In this document: one piece after another, positions 1 to 11,514 of the stretch | Layout: each line of letters starts with the position of its first letter | How positions within the stretch are numbered: the first letter of the stretch is position 1 | Source: a virus | Lineage: Duplodnaviria > Caudoviricetes | Virus record (IMG/VR): IMGVR_UViG_3300035208_004516 | Location: 1-64,000 of that record | Strand: one strand, 5' to 3' | Length of the DNA stretch: 64,000 nt | Program-made: the position numbers and the translations under genes | The notes under the pieces: model-generated | What the model saw: the letters and a program-made list of their open reading frames with translations, nothing else | What the model was told of the DNA's origin: nothing | Database searches by the model: none

Positions 1-110
1 AAACATTCAGGATCGGTATATCCGCTCTGAATGCGCTACTAGTCAATCTAGCGAACCATTAGACCTTAATTAGTGGGAAGCTATGGAGCTTGTCTCCATA
101 TGCAGTTGAC
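1..110 (+). mobile_element. Right end of an IS200/IS605-family element (3' tail of tnpB plus RE hairpin), truncated by the window edge
   Basis: ORF tail NIQDRYIRSECATSQSSEPLDLN*, then GAAGC-TATGGAG CTTGT CTCCATA-TGCAGTTGAC, the typical tnpB right-end architecture; internal GTCAAT can pair with the terminal GTTGAC; locally GC-richer. Confidence 0.6.
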
Positions 111-192
111 ATTGTTTTATAATGGTGGAATTACTAAATCGTTCAATTAAAAATGTTTCTAAAAGTTGTTCAGTTAAATATTCTGTAATCAT
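111..192 (-). pseudogene. 5' part of a gene (MITEYLTEQLLETFLIERFSNSTIIKQ) interrupted by the IS element
   Basis: ATG overlaps the tmk stop (ATGA); the frame runs into the IS end at 110 and stops inside it. Confidence 0.5.
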
Positions 193-803
193 TTGACATC
201 ACAATCTTTATTTAAAATATTTTTAGCTATACTATAAACTTGTTCAGAATCCATATAAGTAGTATTTATTATTTGATAAGGAATTTTTTTGTATTCTAAA
301 TAGTATCTTAAAGGAGTTCTATATCCAGCTGCTACTTTTTTAATCATTTCTTCATTAGTCCATAAATCATGACTATGAGATTTATTAGATTCTCTTTCTG
401 AATTAACTCTTTTTATCAAAATATCATCATCTGCATCTAATAATATAACTTTATCAATTTTTTCTCCAGGGTAAATAGTGGCTTCTAAGTTTGCTATAGG
501 AAGACCTGCTATTAATATCTGATAAATAAAAGTGGACATCCACCAGCGGTCAACTATATAATTTACTGGTTTATTTTTAATGTTATCATATAAATCATTT
601 CTTATTGCACTAAATAGTAATGATCGTACTGAATCATGCAAAGTTGACCATTGATTCTCTCCTCTGCATATTGGACGTAATAATTTACCTAATTCAGTTG
701 TTCCTGGATTTTGTAAAACACTAAAATTAGTTTTTTCTTTGAATTTGTTTATCAGACTAGTTTTACCTGAACCATTTGGACCTTCTATAATTTGAAATGT
801 CAT
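189..803 (-). CDS. tmk: Thymidylate kinase
   Basis: P-loop IEGPNGSGKTS, PG(T)TELG, LLFSA.R and VDRWWMST motifs. Confidence 0.85.
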   Translation of the reverse strand: MTFQIIEGPNGSGKTSLINKFKEKTNFSVLQNPGTTELGKLLRPICRGENQWSTLHDSVRSLLFSAIRNDLYDNIKNKPVNYIVDRWWMSTFIYQILIAGLPIANLEATIYPGEKIDKVILLDADDDILIKRVNSERESNKSHSHDLWTNEEMIKKVAAGYRTPLRYYLEYKKIPYQIINTTYMDSEQVYSIAKNILNKDCDVK

Positions 804-1004
804 ATTAAACTCCTTTTATTTTTTATTCGAATATTATAAATACGAATACAATTGATCATGATTGGTGATAAAAGGAATAAATTATATATCGTATTTTATG
901 TGAAATTGTAGTTAAATTGAATTTGTTAATTAAAGGAGATTATTAAATATGTTTAATGAAAAACAAATATTAATTAATTATAAAATGTTGATGGAGAATA
1001 ATTT

Positions 1005-2049
1005 ATGATTAAAAAATTATGCGTTTTTGGGCATATTTCGCTCGTCGGTGGGGCCGATTTGGAGCTATTTCATCAGTTTTCAATATGGAAGGCACTTGGG
1101 ATAGAAGTTCATAATATCCATACGGGAATTATTCATGGGTATTTATTAGATTTAAAAAAACAATTGGAAGAACAAGGAGTAATATATCATCCATCTAAAG
1201 AATGGCATCATTGTAAAGGAATGCATGTCATTTCATATTGTAATGGTTCATTTTTAAATAATCTCCATACTATTAAACAATATTGTAAAGCAGTTCTGTG
1301 GGTAAATTCGATGACTTTCCCATTCAAGAAAGAAATAGAATGTCAAAAAGCTGGATTAATAGAATTTCAATATATATCAATCTCAACATCAAAAGGAGAA
1401 GGTATCTAAAAGTTTAATGCATCTCAGCAGATATCCATTTAGACCACTTATCAATGTTCCATATTTTGATCCAAAACCATTTACCTTTTATTATAATAGA
1501 CCGACAGATGAATTTAGATTTGGAAGAATATCAAGAGCTGATCCAGCAAAATATCATCCAGATCAATTTAAAATATATGAAAAATTTGAATCTCCAGTTC
1601 CAAAAAATGGAATTGTAATGGGATGGAATGAAAAGACAGCAACTAAATGCGGATTCAAAGAAAGTCCACTACCATATGTAAAAATACTAAAGGAAATGGG
1701 TATTACTCAACAAGAATTTTATAAGCATTCAGATGTACTTATTCAACAAGCAAACACATTCGAGAATCTTCCAAGAGTAGGAATGGAAGCAATGGCATCT
1801 GGAAGTGTATTAATTTGTGATAACAGAGGCGGATGGAAATTAGAAATTGAAGATGGGAAGACAGGATTTCTTTGTGATACAACTGAACAGTTTATTGAAA
1901 AATCAACATTTCTTGCCCATAATCCAGAAGTCAGAGAACAGATGAGACATGCAGCTTTAAAGAAATTAATGAGTACTTGGGGATTTGAACAATCCAAAGC
2001 AAGTTGGACTCAAATTTTTAACGAGGTAGAACGGCTTTATGGCGAATAA
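1005..2049 (+). CDS. GT-B (GT4-like) glycosyltransferase split by a 1-bp frameshift near 1370
   Basis: N-terminal GGA(D)LE; C-terminal FGRISR and ENLPRVGMEAMASG...DGKTGFL; the second ORF's frame is open upstream to ~1372. Confidence 0.8.
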
Positions 2050-2135
2050 ATATACAATACCTTATCCTAGTATTAACAAATATAATAATCCGTTAAAAGG
2101 CATTTAAACAAGTTTAAAATGGATATAAAATAACA

Positions 2136-3080
2136 ATGACTATAAAGGTTTTGATTGTATCAGATGTACCAAATTGGTGCTATTGGAAAAGAGCAGAAGC
2201 CCTTCAAAAATATAAACCAGCAGATTTTGAGATTGATATAACATGCTCATATAAGAATCAGTTACTCCAAAAAAATTATGATTTAGTATTCTTCTTACCA
2301 TTTAGTTATGTGGACAAATTAAGAGCATATTGTAACTCTATCAAAAAGAATCCAATAATTTTATCATCATATAATTGCGGATGGGGATATTCAAATAACT
2401 GGTTAGTTCCAGTAGTAAGAAATTCTGATGCTGTTATTATTAATAACAAAGAAATGTGGGAAAAATCTGGTAAACTTCCTAATACATATTACATTCCAAA
2501 TGGAGTAGATCAAACTATTTTTCATCCTATTATTTCTACTAACAAAAGACCACCAAAAATATTATGGTGTGGATCAGTATTTCATAAAAAAGTAAAAGGA
2601 TATGATGAAATATTAATTCCTTTACAAAAAAAATTACTACAGAAAAATATTGTATTAGATCTTAAACTAACAGAATCTACTAGCAGACATAAATTGAATT
2701 CTGCTCAAATGGCTCAATGGTATAATTCTGGTTCAATTTATATATGTACAAGTAGAACAGAAGGTACACCAAATCCAGCATTAGAAGCAGCTTCTTGTGG
2801 ATGTGCTATTGTATCATCTAGAGTAGGGAATATGCCAGAATTAATAGAGAATGGAAAGAATGGATATTTAATAGATAGGGACATTGACTCTTTTTACAAT
2901 TATATTCTTTTAGCTATAAGTAAAAAAGATTCATTATGTAGAGAGATGTTACAAATCATTAATTCTTGGGATTGGAAACTCAGAAGCAAGGAGTTTTTTG
3001 ATTTATTTCGAAATTTAATAGAACAAAGAAAAAAGAGTTTCCCAAGCGTTGATGATAAAAAAAACTTAATAAAGCGATAA
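2136..3080 (+). CDS. GT4-family glycosyltransferase
   Basis: IPNGVD, KGYD, S..EGTPNPALEAASCG, VGNMPELI.NG.NG. Confidence 0.9.
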   Translation: MTIKVLIVSDVPNWCYWKRAEALQKYKPADFEIDITCSYKNQLLQKNYDLVFFLPFSYVDKLRAYCNSIKKNPIILSSYNCGWGYSNNWLVPVVRNSDAVIINNKEMWEKSGKLPNTYYIPNGVDQTIFHPIISTNKRPPKILWCGSVFHKKVKGYDEILIPLQKKLLQKNIVLDLKLTESTSRHKLNSAQMAQWYNSGSIYICTSRTEGTPNPALEAASCGCAIVSSRVGNMPELIENGKNGYLIDRDIDSFYNYILLAISKKDSLCREMLQIINSWDWKLRSKEFFDLFRNLIEQRKKSFPSVDDKKNLIKR

Positions 3081-3082
3081 AT

Positions 3083-3934
3083 ATGAATCCGACATACAAA
3101 GAAATTTCTATTAAAAACAAGAAAAAGTGTATAGAAGAAAGAAGAAAATTTTATTATTATTATCATTCCAAAGAAAAACAAAATTTAAGTAATAAAGGTT
3201 TAAAAGATAGAATTTTATCAGCTACTAATTCTGGAAAAACTCATCATCCGCCTGTCAAAATAATTCCATATAATAAAATAGTAATTTATACTACTCTGTT
3301 TGGAAATTACGATATATTAAAAAACCAACCAAATTTTAATAAAGTACAATATATATGTTTTTCAGATAGAACTATTCGAAATTGTCACAATTGGAAAATA
3401 TCTGTAAATCCAGAAATATGTCCTAATTTAAGTCCAGTGATGCGTGCAAAGTATTTTAAGTTACATCCATTTGAATATTTTCCAGATGCTGATTATAGTA
3501 TTTATATTGATGCAAGCATTCAAATTGCAAATATTGATTTCATACAATCATTATTAAGTTATGTAACTGACAATGGAATGGCAGCATATATACATCCTAA
3601 AAGAAAATGTATATTTGAAGAAAAAAGGAGATTATTATCTTTAAATGAATATAAGCAACTTCCTATAGAAGAACAATTAAAATCTTATCAAACAGAAGGA
3701 ATGCCTTTAAATTATGGATTATGGGCAGGTGGAATATTGATAAGAAAAAATAATGATAATGCTAAAATGATATGTTCTTTGTGGTGGAATGAGATTATTA
3801 AATGGTCTTATAGAGATCAAATTAGTTTACCATATGTATTATGGAAAAATAAACTTAAAATAGATACAATCACATTAAGACAATATGCTAACAACTTATT
3901 TAAAATTCATCCTCATATTTACAGAAAAAAATGA
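3083..3934 (+). CDS. DUF616 (TOD1/MUCI70-like) glycosyltransferase with basic N-terminal extension
   Basis: IYT..FGNYD, ICFSD, KLHP..YFP..DYSIYIDAS, HP.R.CIFEE, RDQISLPYV. Confidence 0.85.
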   Translation: MNPTYKEISIKNKKKCIEERRKFYYYYHSKEKQNLSNKGLKDRILSATNSGKTHHPPVKIIPYNKIVIYTTLFGNYDILKNQPNFNKVQYICFSDRTIRNCHNWKISVNPEICPNLSPVMRAKYFKLHPFEYFPDADYSIYIDASIQIANIDFIQSLLSYVTDNGMAAYIHPKRKCIFEEKRRLLSLNEYKQLPIEEQLKSYQTEGMPLNYGLWAGGILIRKNNDNAKMICSLWWNEIIKWSYRDQISLPYVLWKNKLKIDTITLRQYANNLFKIHPHIYRKK

Positions 3935-4578
3935 TAGTAGGTCAAATATCACTATGTCGTTTTCCACTATGGGAAATGTGTTTAAAAGAATTATGTAAAC
4001 ATTGTGATGAATTGTATTTAAGATTTGATAATGTCAATGGAGATAAAGAAATTTTAAATAGAATTCCAATGGTATGTGGAACTAAATTAAAAGATATTTT
4101 AGTATCTAATAAAACTTTCCATAAATGGCATTGGAGAGAAGAAATGCTACGTCAATTAGATAATACTAAATGCGATATAGTTATCTCAATAGATGAAGAT
4201 GAAATTTTAGATAAAAGTATAGATTTAGAAATAAAAGAATTTCAAAAGAGCAACAAGAATCATATGTGGGTATCTTATAATTCTATGCCTACAGAGGATG
4301 GCAAATCAATATTAAATGGTTTATCTTATCCAAAATTTCCACACGTTAAAGTTTATAAATGGTATCCGAATATGACATATGATGGATATCATGGAAATTG
4401 TTTAATTCCAAAAATTCATAATAACAATAACAGATGGATAGCTAAATCAAAAATTACTCATTATTGTTTTTATAAAAATGAATGGATAAAAAATAAAATT
4501 GAAAACATGAAAACTTATTCAGTTAAAAATTATTTTAAAACGTATTACGGTACCACTTTATGTGGTTATGATACATAA
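3931..4578 (+). CDS. GT-A fold glycosyltransferase-like protein
   Basis: DIVISIDEDE DxD motif, late ITHY motif, located in the GT cluster. Confidence 0.55.
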   Translation: MIVGQISLCRFPLWEMCLKELCKHCDELYLRFDNVNGDKEILNRIPMVCGTKLKDILVSNKTFHKWHWREEMLRQLDNTKCDIVISIDEDEILDKSIDLEIKEFQKSNKNHMWVSYNSMPTEDGKSILNGLSYPKFPHVKVYKWYPNMTYDGYHGNCLIPKIHNNNNRWIAKSKITHYCFYKNEWIKNKIENMKTYSVKNYFKTYYGTTLCGYDT

Positions 4579-4768
4579 ACTTATTAAAGGAGATTTTTTT
4601 ATTATGCACTTATTCAATTCAGAAAGTAAAATTTTATTTAAAAAATCAGATTTGAAAAAAAAAAGAAATAGAAAAAAAGAAGATATATATTTAAAATATT
4701 TAAAAGATGTAGTAACATGTCAAAATCACTGGGCTGATAAAAGATCCCATTAACTTTGACTTGTATTT

Positions 4769-4781
4769 GAACAAATATAAA
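4769..4781 (+). promoter_or_regulatory. Candidate phage late-promoter motif GAACAAAtwtAaa
   Basis: Recurs just upstream of genes at 4769, 14049, 22887, 26934 (+) and 19010, 52494 (-). Confidence 0.5.
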
Positions 4782-4819
4782 AATTCTTAATAATATTAGT
4801 ATCTAAGGAGATTATAATC

Positions 4820-6592
4820 ATGGGTCAAAGAAGAATAACAGCGGCTAATCAATTAGCACCTATACAAGAAATTGCAGTAAACCCCTTTGCTTCATACAAT
4901 TCATCAAATGTTAATATGTTAACAAGAGCAGTAACAGGATATTCTGATCAAAATGTTGTTATTAGAGGATTAGATATAAGTGGAACTCCGATCAATGATA
5001 CAGAATTATCTACTACTATTGTTGATGATGATTTTTCTACTTTGAATGTTAATTGGACTTTAACTGATTTGGAATATCAAAGTGGAGATCAAAATTTAAA
5101 AGCTGCTCACATTTCTACTCTATCAGAATTTTGTGAATTAAAAAGATCTGATATATCATTTACTAAATATGTATGGTATAAAATAACTTTCAGTTTAAAA
5201 AATATTAAAGTAATTTATAATCCATCTCTAGGAGATGTTGCTACTGAAAATCAAGGAACTCCACTTAGAGTTAATCTAATACTAGGATCAGTAGTAAAAA
5301 CATGGGAATATCCAGCTCAACAAGATTTCAGTATATATGTCCAAGCTGAACAATTAACAACTGATTTCAGAATATCAGTTCAATTTGAAAAAACTAATCA
5401 ATTCATGTCTGATTATTGTTTAATAGATGATATCTTGGTAAAAGAATTATCAAGAAAAGGTGGAAATATAGATCCAATAACAGAATTATTATCAGATGAA
5501 ACTAAATTGACTGCTCCATATTTAAGACCTCATATGTTCTGCGAAATAACAAGTGGAGTTGCTGTGAAGGATGAAGCTGTAGTCAGCGCAGTAGGAATTG
5601 ATCCAGAAAATCAACCAATTATCACATTAGAGTATGGAAACATAAATTCTTGGATAAAAAGAAATCCATATACATCAGCAAGTTTTACAGAAGAAAAAAC
5701 TTATGTATATACTGGGGAAGGTATATTATATGACGATGGTGATCCAGATCATCTTTATGACTATACTAAAGGAAGTGATGTTCAATGGGCTTATATAGTT
5801 TTATATTATAATTTTCTTAAAAATCCACAACCGAATATATCTTACTATGGAATAATAAGACCTAGTGATTTAAGTGATCCAATATATGGAGAAGATTATT
5901 TAGTACTAGCCAAAATAAGATTTATAAAATTTAATGTAGTTGATGCTATAATATATTATCCTTATAGAAAAGATGTTGCAAGAATTAATGCAAAAAATGG
6001 TGATTATTTTTTAAGTAATTTGAAAGATTGGAGAGGAATCAGACCAGATAATGTTGCTCAAGCTTTAGATATATTAGCTGCAAGAACTAGTTTCCCTTTA
6101 ACTAAATTATCACCAGAATATCCAAATACTATTTTTTCTTTTAATAGTGAAAATAATAAAGTTCATATTAATACTAAATTTGATTATGAGTTAAGTTCAA
6201 CAGAAGGATATAATCATTCTTATTATGAAGTGACAACTCCAGAAGATGATATACAACAAGTAGATATTTTAATGAGAATATTTATCCCTGAAAATTTTAA
6301 TGAGTTTACTGGATTTAATTTATGGATCAAAACCGATTCTGAGCAAGCATCTTCTAGTTCAGCATTATCTTCATCACCAATTATTGATTTTTGGGGAATA
6401 GATTCAGAAGGAACTATTTTTTCTACTGATCAATATGAAGTTCAATCAGAAGGTGTATGGCAACAAATAACTGTACTTTTTGAAGAAGGTATTTCTATTA
6501 TTGATAATACTTGGGTTACAGTTGCTATAAGATGCAGTGTTGCATATTATCAAAAATGTTTAATAGGTGAAATGGAATTAACACTTTCATAA
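4820..6592 (+). CDS. Putative virion structural protein
   Basis: Acidic, beta-rich, Ser-run linker, DNVAQALDILAAR tail-fibre-like segment; follows the promoter motif. Confidence 0.5.
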   Translation: MGQRRITAANQLAPIQEIAVNPFASYNSSNVNMLTRAVTGYSDQNVVIRGLDISGTPINDTELSTTIVDDDFSTLNVNWTLTDLEYQSGDQNLKAAHISTLSEFCELKRSDISFTKYVWYKITFSLKNIKVIYNPSLGDVATENQGTPLRVNLILGSVVKTWEYPAQQDFSIYVQAEQLTTDFRISVQFEKTNQFMSDYCLIDDILVKELSRKGGNIDPITELLSDETKLTAPYLRPHMFCEITSGVAVKDEAVVSAVGIDPENQPIITLEYGNINSWIKRNPYTSASFTEEKTYVYTGEGILYDDGDPDHLYDYTKGSDVQWAYIVLYYNFLKNPQPNISYYGIIRPSDLSDPIYGEDYLVLAKIRFIKFNVVDAIIYYPYRKDVARINAKNGDYFLSNLKDWRGIRPDNVAQALDILAARTSFPLTKLSPEYPNTIFSFNSENNKVHINTKFDYELSSTEGYNHSYYEVTTPEDDIQQVDILMRIFIPENFNEFTGFNLWIKTDSEQASSSSALSSSPIIDFWGIDSEGTIFSTDQYEVQSEGVWQQITVLFEEGISIIDNTWVTVAIRCSVAYYQKCLIGEMELTLS

Positions 6593-6608
6593 CAAGGAAT
6601 ATATTACT

Positions 6609-8954
6609 GTGTTGAAAAATCGTTTACTTTCAAATTTTATTAATCTTAAAAATGCAAAAGATTTAGAAGAATTACCACAATTTAAAACACCAAATTCTAA
6701 AACTTTTAGAGATAAAAAAACTAATAAATTAGAATCTGTTTTTTATGCTAAACCATTGCATTATGAAAAAAATAATGAATTAATAGAAGAAGTTCATGAA
6801 TTTGTTTCAACCTCTTATGGTTGGAAAATGATTCAAGCTAATTTAGAAGCTAGGTTGCCTTTAAAATCAGATGGTGAAATGTGGGCTGGAACAATAGAGG
6901 AGAACATAAAATTTCATGCTATTGGAACTAATTCAATAGTTGGACAAAAAAAGGAAGTTGATGATTTAAATTTAAATCCTACAAAATTTCAATATCCTTT
7001 TATTCATTATATAGATGCGTGGACTGATGCTGATTTAATATATTATACTACTGGAAATTCAGTTTCTAAATACATAATTATAAAATCAAAAAATGCATCA
7101 AAACAATATGAATTTGATATTACTTTAGATAATTTATCATTAGGTTTATATACTAATAAAGAATCCGATACTTGGATTGAATCAGATGAGAATATTAAAT
7201 GTATAGATATTATTAATTCAAATAATGAAAATTCTGGATATTTATTTTATCCTTTTGCAACAGATTCAATAGGTATAAGACCTCAAGTTGGAAGAGAAAT
7301 AACTCATATTGAAGGAAATAAATTCAGAATTAAAATTACTTTAGATAATAAATTTTTTGAACATGCAGTATTCCCTATTCAATTAGATCCTTTATTTAGT
7401 ACTGCTGGATTATTATCAAGCAGTGGTTATGGAATGTGGGAAGTACATAATCCATCTGCTGGACATGGAACTGCTGGTCAATATCCTACTCTTGATACTC
7501 ATGCAAATTCAGTATATTCTACTGGAAGTGGAGTTGATACCGGAGTATGGAATCAGGCAACTCATCCAAATGGATGTTATCATGCTGTGAGACGTGGATT
7601 TATGACATGGGATACTGGATCGTTAAGAAACAGAACAGGATTTTATGTTTTATCTGCAACTATTTATATGAAACTTCTTAGTTATACTCAATTAGGAGAA
7701 TGTCATGAAGATGAAGATTATGATACTTGGCCAATCTATATTTATTCTTTAGCTCAAAGAAATAATATGAGTTCTTCTGTATGGGAAGTGACTTATGATA
7801 TTGATGCTTTTCATATAGAAGTAAGTAATGAAACTGATACATGGAATACTTCTCCATGGACCCTTGCTGTAAGAAAAGCATTAATAAGTGACAATCAACA
7901 ATATATAGCTATAAAAGTTTTTCAATCATGGGATAGAGAAGGATTTTCTTTATGGCCTGAATCTGGAGGTCCACATGGTGGAAATTATAGTAACTGCGTA
8001 AATATTTTTACATATAGTACTGATTCTTATATATCAATAAATTGGACTGCTACACCAGAAGCTCCTATTAATTTAACAGTAGAAGATACTCATCAAAATT
8101 CTTTAGAACTTAATTGGACTTCCACTTCTACAGTTTCTACTTATTATAGAATAGATAGAAAAGCAGGATCAGGAAGTTGGGTTGTAAATTATGCTACTTC
8201 TACACTTGATGCAACCACTTATACAGATATCAATACTTATCAAGATATAATTTATACATACAGAATAAGAGCTTACAATACTGATCATCCAACAGAAGCA
8301 TATAGATATTCTAGTTATTCTAATGAAGCATCTGCATCATATTCTATTTTACCTCCTACTGATTTTGATGCTGAACATGTAGGAAATAGAAATGTTGAAT
8401 TAAATTGGACTAATACGGAACCATATTTTGACACTTTAGAATTACAAAAAAATGTGAATAATGCTGGATGGAGTTCTTTAACAACTTTAGATGATTTAGT
8501 TATAACATATGATGATTTATCTGTTCAAGAAAGAGTAGTAATAGTATATAGAATTAGATCAAAAAGAAGTCCTAATAATCCATCTTATTCTGTTTGGGTA
8601 TTATCTCCAGAAATAATATGTGATTTACCAGCTCCGGTATTACTTCTTACAAATAAAACTAGATATAAAAATGAACTAGTTTGGAATGATATTGGAACTT
8701 TGTACAATTATATTTCTCTTGAAAGAAGTATCAATGGAAGTGAGTGGGAACAAATTGAAACTATAGATTATCCAACTCTAATATATTATGATAGAGATGT
8801 ATATCCAAGAGATGATTTTTATGCATATCGAGCAAGAGTATATAATCAATATTTTGTTAATCCATGGTCAAGTTATGGATTATCAACACCTCATCAATTG
8901 TGGATTTCTATAGAAATGAGAGAACGAAAATATTTCTATAATGATATTAATTAA
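6609..8954 (+). CDS. Fibronectin type III repeat protein (putative tail/adhesin)
   Basis: Three FN3-like repeats (P.AP.NL...L.W...Y.I.R...Y.YRIRA...S.YSN). Confidence 0.75.
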   Translation: MLKNRLLSNFINLKNAKDLEELPQFKTPNSKTFRDKKTNKLESVFYAKPLHYEKNNELIEEVHEFVSTSYGWKMIQANLEARLPLKSDGEMWAGTIEENIKFHAIGTNSIVGQKKEVDDLNLNPTKFQYPFIHYIDAWTDADLIYYTTGNSVSKYIIIKSKNASKQYEFDITLDNLSLGLYTNKESDTWIESDENIKCIDIINSNNENSGYLFYPFATDSIGIRPQVGREITHIEGNKFRIKITLDNKFFEHAVFPIQLDPLFSTAGLLSSSGYGMWEVHNPSAGHGTAGQYPTLDTHANSVYSTGSGVDTGVWNQATHPNGCYHAVRRGFMTWDTGSLRNRTGFYVLSATIYMKLLSYTQLGECHEDEDYDTWPIYIYSLAQRNNMSSSVWEVTYDIDAFHIEVSNETDTWNTSPWTLAVRKALISDNQQYIAIKVFQSWDREGFSLWPESGGPHGGNYSNCVNIFTYSTDSYISINWTATPEAPINLTVEDTHQNSLELNWTSTSTVSTYYRIDRKAGSGSWVVNYATSTLDATTYTDINTYQDIIYTYRIRAYNTDHPTEAYRYSSYSNEASASYSILPPTDFDAEHVGNRNVELNWTNTEPYFDTLELQKNVNNAGWSSLTTLDDLVITYDDLSVQERVVIVYRIRSKRSPNNPSYSVWVLSPEIICDLPAPVLLLTNKTRYKNELVWNDIGTLYNYISLERSINGSEWEQIETIDYPTLIYYDRDVYPRDDFYAYRARVYNQYFVNPWSSYGLSTPHQLWISIEMRERKYFYNDIN

Positions 8955-8966
8955 GGAAAAAATTAA

Positions 8967-10808
8967 ATGGCAGAATTAGATAATTTTTTTAGATATGATA
9001 CCCCTCTAAATGATACAGATCAAGAGTATTTTATCTACCCAGGAAATCCAGTTACCCCTGTCAAACCATCGGAATCTTCTAGTTCTAGTTCGATTTCAAC
9101 TGAACCAGTATGGCAAACAAGCTCCATAGGTGGAAAAGGAACAAGTCTTGTTATTAATAATACTGATTTATATTTTACTGATGATCTTTCTACTATTTCT
9201 GATTCTATAGTAAAAACTAAATGGCAAACTTCAGATTGGTTATCAAATATTTTTTCTTATGGATCTGGTATTAATCAAGTAGGAAATCCTACGGGAATTT
9301 TTTATGACAATTCTTCTGAATATTTGTATATAAATGATAGTTATAATTATCGTATAATTAAAACAAAAATAGATGGAACTGGATGGACAACTCTTGGTAG
9401 TTATGGAACTGGAACGAATCAATTCGGTGTTGGAATGTCAGGATTATCATTTGATTCTGCTTCTGGATATATTTATGTAAGTGATAGTGGAAACTCGAGA
9501 ATAGTTAAAACTAAAATAAATGGTGATGGATGGACTACTTTAGGAACAAGTGGATCAGGTTATAATCAATTCAATAATCCTCAACAATTATTTTATGATT
9601 CATCTACAGATTATTTATTCATATCTGATTTTGGTAATAGTAGAATCGTTAAAACAAAAATGGATGGAACTGGTTGGACCACTTTGGGTAGTTATGGATC
9701 TGGAGTAAATCAATTTAAAAATCCATATGGTTTAACATATGATCCTATAAATGATTATATATATGTATCAGATAATGGTAATTATAGAATAGTTAAAACA
9801 AAAATAAATGGGACTGGTTGGACTACCTTTGGAAGTAGTGGATCGGGAGTTAATAAATTTAATCAATTGAGATTTATTTATTATAATTCATTAACGGAAT
9901 TTATTTTTATATGCGATAATTATAATCATAGAATAGTTAAAACTAAAATTAATGGAGATGATTGGTATGCATTTGATAATAATTATGAAATGCAAAATCC
10001 ATACGGAATATTTTATGATTCTATTTCAGATTTTGTTTATGTCACAGATCTAAGTAGAGATACAATAATTAAAGTAAAATTAGATTCAAATTATTGGTCT
10101 AGATTAGCATCCGCATATTTTAGTAATGGACTATGGGGCATTGATTATGATCCAAATACAGAATTTTTCTTTATATCCGATAGTAATAAACATTATATAA
10201 TTAAAACAAAAATAGATGGATCTGAATTAACAACTTTAGGAACATTGGGTTATTATTATACTCCTGGATATCATTTTTATCATCCTTATGGGATTTTTTA
10301 TGATGATTCTACAGAATTTATATATGTAGCAGATGGTACAAATGATAGAATAGTGAAAACTAAAATGGATGGAAGTGGTTGGATCACTTTAGGAAGTCAT
10401 GGATCTGGAACTAATCAATTTAATGTCCCAGTCGCTGTACATTATGATAAAGCTTCAGAATATTTATACATTATAGATAGTGAGAATAACAGAATCGTTA
10501 AAACAAAAATGGATGGAACTGGTTGGACCACTTTGGGTAGTTATGGATCTGGAGTAAATCAATTTAAATATCCATATGATTTAACATATGATCCAAATAC
10601 TGATTTAATTTATATAGCAGATACATCTAATCATAGAATAGTAAAAACTAAAATTAATGGAGATGAATGGAGTTCTTATGGATCATATGGTACTGGAATA
10701 AATGAATTTAATGATCCATATAGTATATATTTAAAAGATAATAATCTATATGTGATAGATAGAAATAATAGTAGAATAGTAAATATAAATATATATAATT
10801 TTTTATAA
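8967..10808 (+). CDS. NHL-repeat beta-propeller protein (putative receptor-binding/virion protein)
   Basis: About 12 repeats of GS.GSG.NQF..P.GI.YD....IYV.D..N.RIVKTK.DG.GW. Confidence 0.9.
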   Translation: MAELDNFFRYDTPLNDTDQEYFIYPGNPVTPVKPSESSSSSSISTEPVWQTSSIGGKGTSLVINNTDLYFTDDLSTISDSIVKTKWQTSDWLSNIFSYGSGINQVGNPTGIFYDNSSEYLYINDSYNYRIIKTKIDGTGWTTLGSYGTGTNQFGVGMSGLSFDSASGYIYVSDSGNSRIVKTKINGDGWTTLGTSGSGYNQFNNPQQLFYDSSTDYLFISDFGNSRIVKTKMDGTGWTTLGSYGSGVNQFKNPYGLTYDPINDYIYVSDNGNYRIVKTKINGTGWTTFGSSGSGVNKFNQLRFIYYNSLTEFIFICDNYNHRIVKTKINGDDWYAFDNNYEMQNPYGIFYDSISDFVYVTDLSRDTIIKVKLDSNYWSRLASAYFSNGLWGIDYDPNTEFFFISDSNKHYIIKTKIDGSELTTLGTLGYYYTPGYHFYHPYGIFYDDSTEFIYVADGTNDRIVKTKMDGSGWITLGSHGSGTNQFNVPVAVHYDKASEYLYIIDSENNRIVKTKMDGTGWTTLGSYGSGVNQFKYPYDLTYDPNTDLIYIADTSNHRIVKTKINGDEWSSYGSYGTGINEFNDPYSIYLKDNNLYVIDRNNSRIVNINIYNFL

Positions 10809-10879
10809 TTACAAACTGAATAAACTATAAAATAACATTAAGAATATAAATTACTATGAACAGACAAGGAAACTAAAAA

Positions 10880-11125
10880 ATGATAAAAGAAATGGTAGAA
10901 ACAATAGCTAAAACTATAGCCGATAAACCAGAACAAGTAACTGTAAAAGAAATAGAAGGTGATAGATCATCTATAATAGAAGTACAGGTTGCAAAATCTG
11001 ATTTAGGAAAATTAATTGGACGAGATGGTAGAACAGCTGAAGCAATAAGAAATTTAGTATTTGCTTGTAGTTTTAAATGCAATAAAAAAAGATTTGCTAT
11101 AGAAATTCAATCCAACGAAGAATAA
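10880..11125 (+). CDS. khpA: KH-domain RNA-binding protein, KhpA-like
   Basis: IAKTIADKPEQV...VAKSDLGKLIGRDGRTAEAIR with GxxG loop. Confidence 0.85.
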   Translation: MIKEMVETIAKTIADKPEQVTVKEIEGDRSSIIEVQVAKSDLGKLIGRDGRTAEAIRNLVFACSFKCNKKRFAIEIQSNEE

Positions 11126-11514
11126 TATATATTTATATATTGATATAGATAAAGAAAAAATTCTTTCTAATCCAGATGATGAAAATGATAAAAAAAAATT
11201 AAAATTTATTAACCCAATTATAACTGAATTAACTGAAAATAAAAAGGTATTATTAGAATGAATGAAAATAACAAACTAGATTTTTTAAAAGGTTTATTAA
11301 AAGATGAATTGAAAACAGCAATATTAGAATTATCTGAAAAAGATATAATAATTCAAAAAGTAATAGATAAAACAAGCAATGTGCAAGATTACATAAATTC
11401 AATTACAGCAGCAATTATTTGCATTATTAGTAGAGAAAAAGAATGTTTAATTCAATTTAAAAAATTAATAGACTCAAATCCTGAATTAAAAAATATAATT
11501 GAAAGGAATGATAA

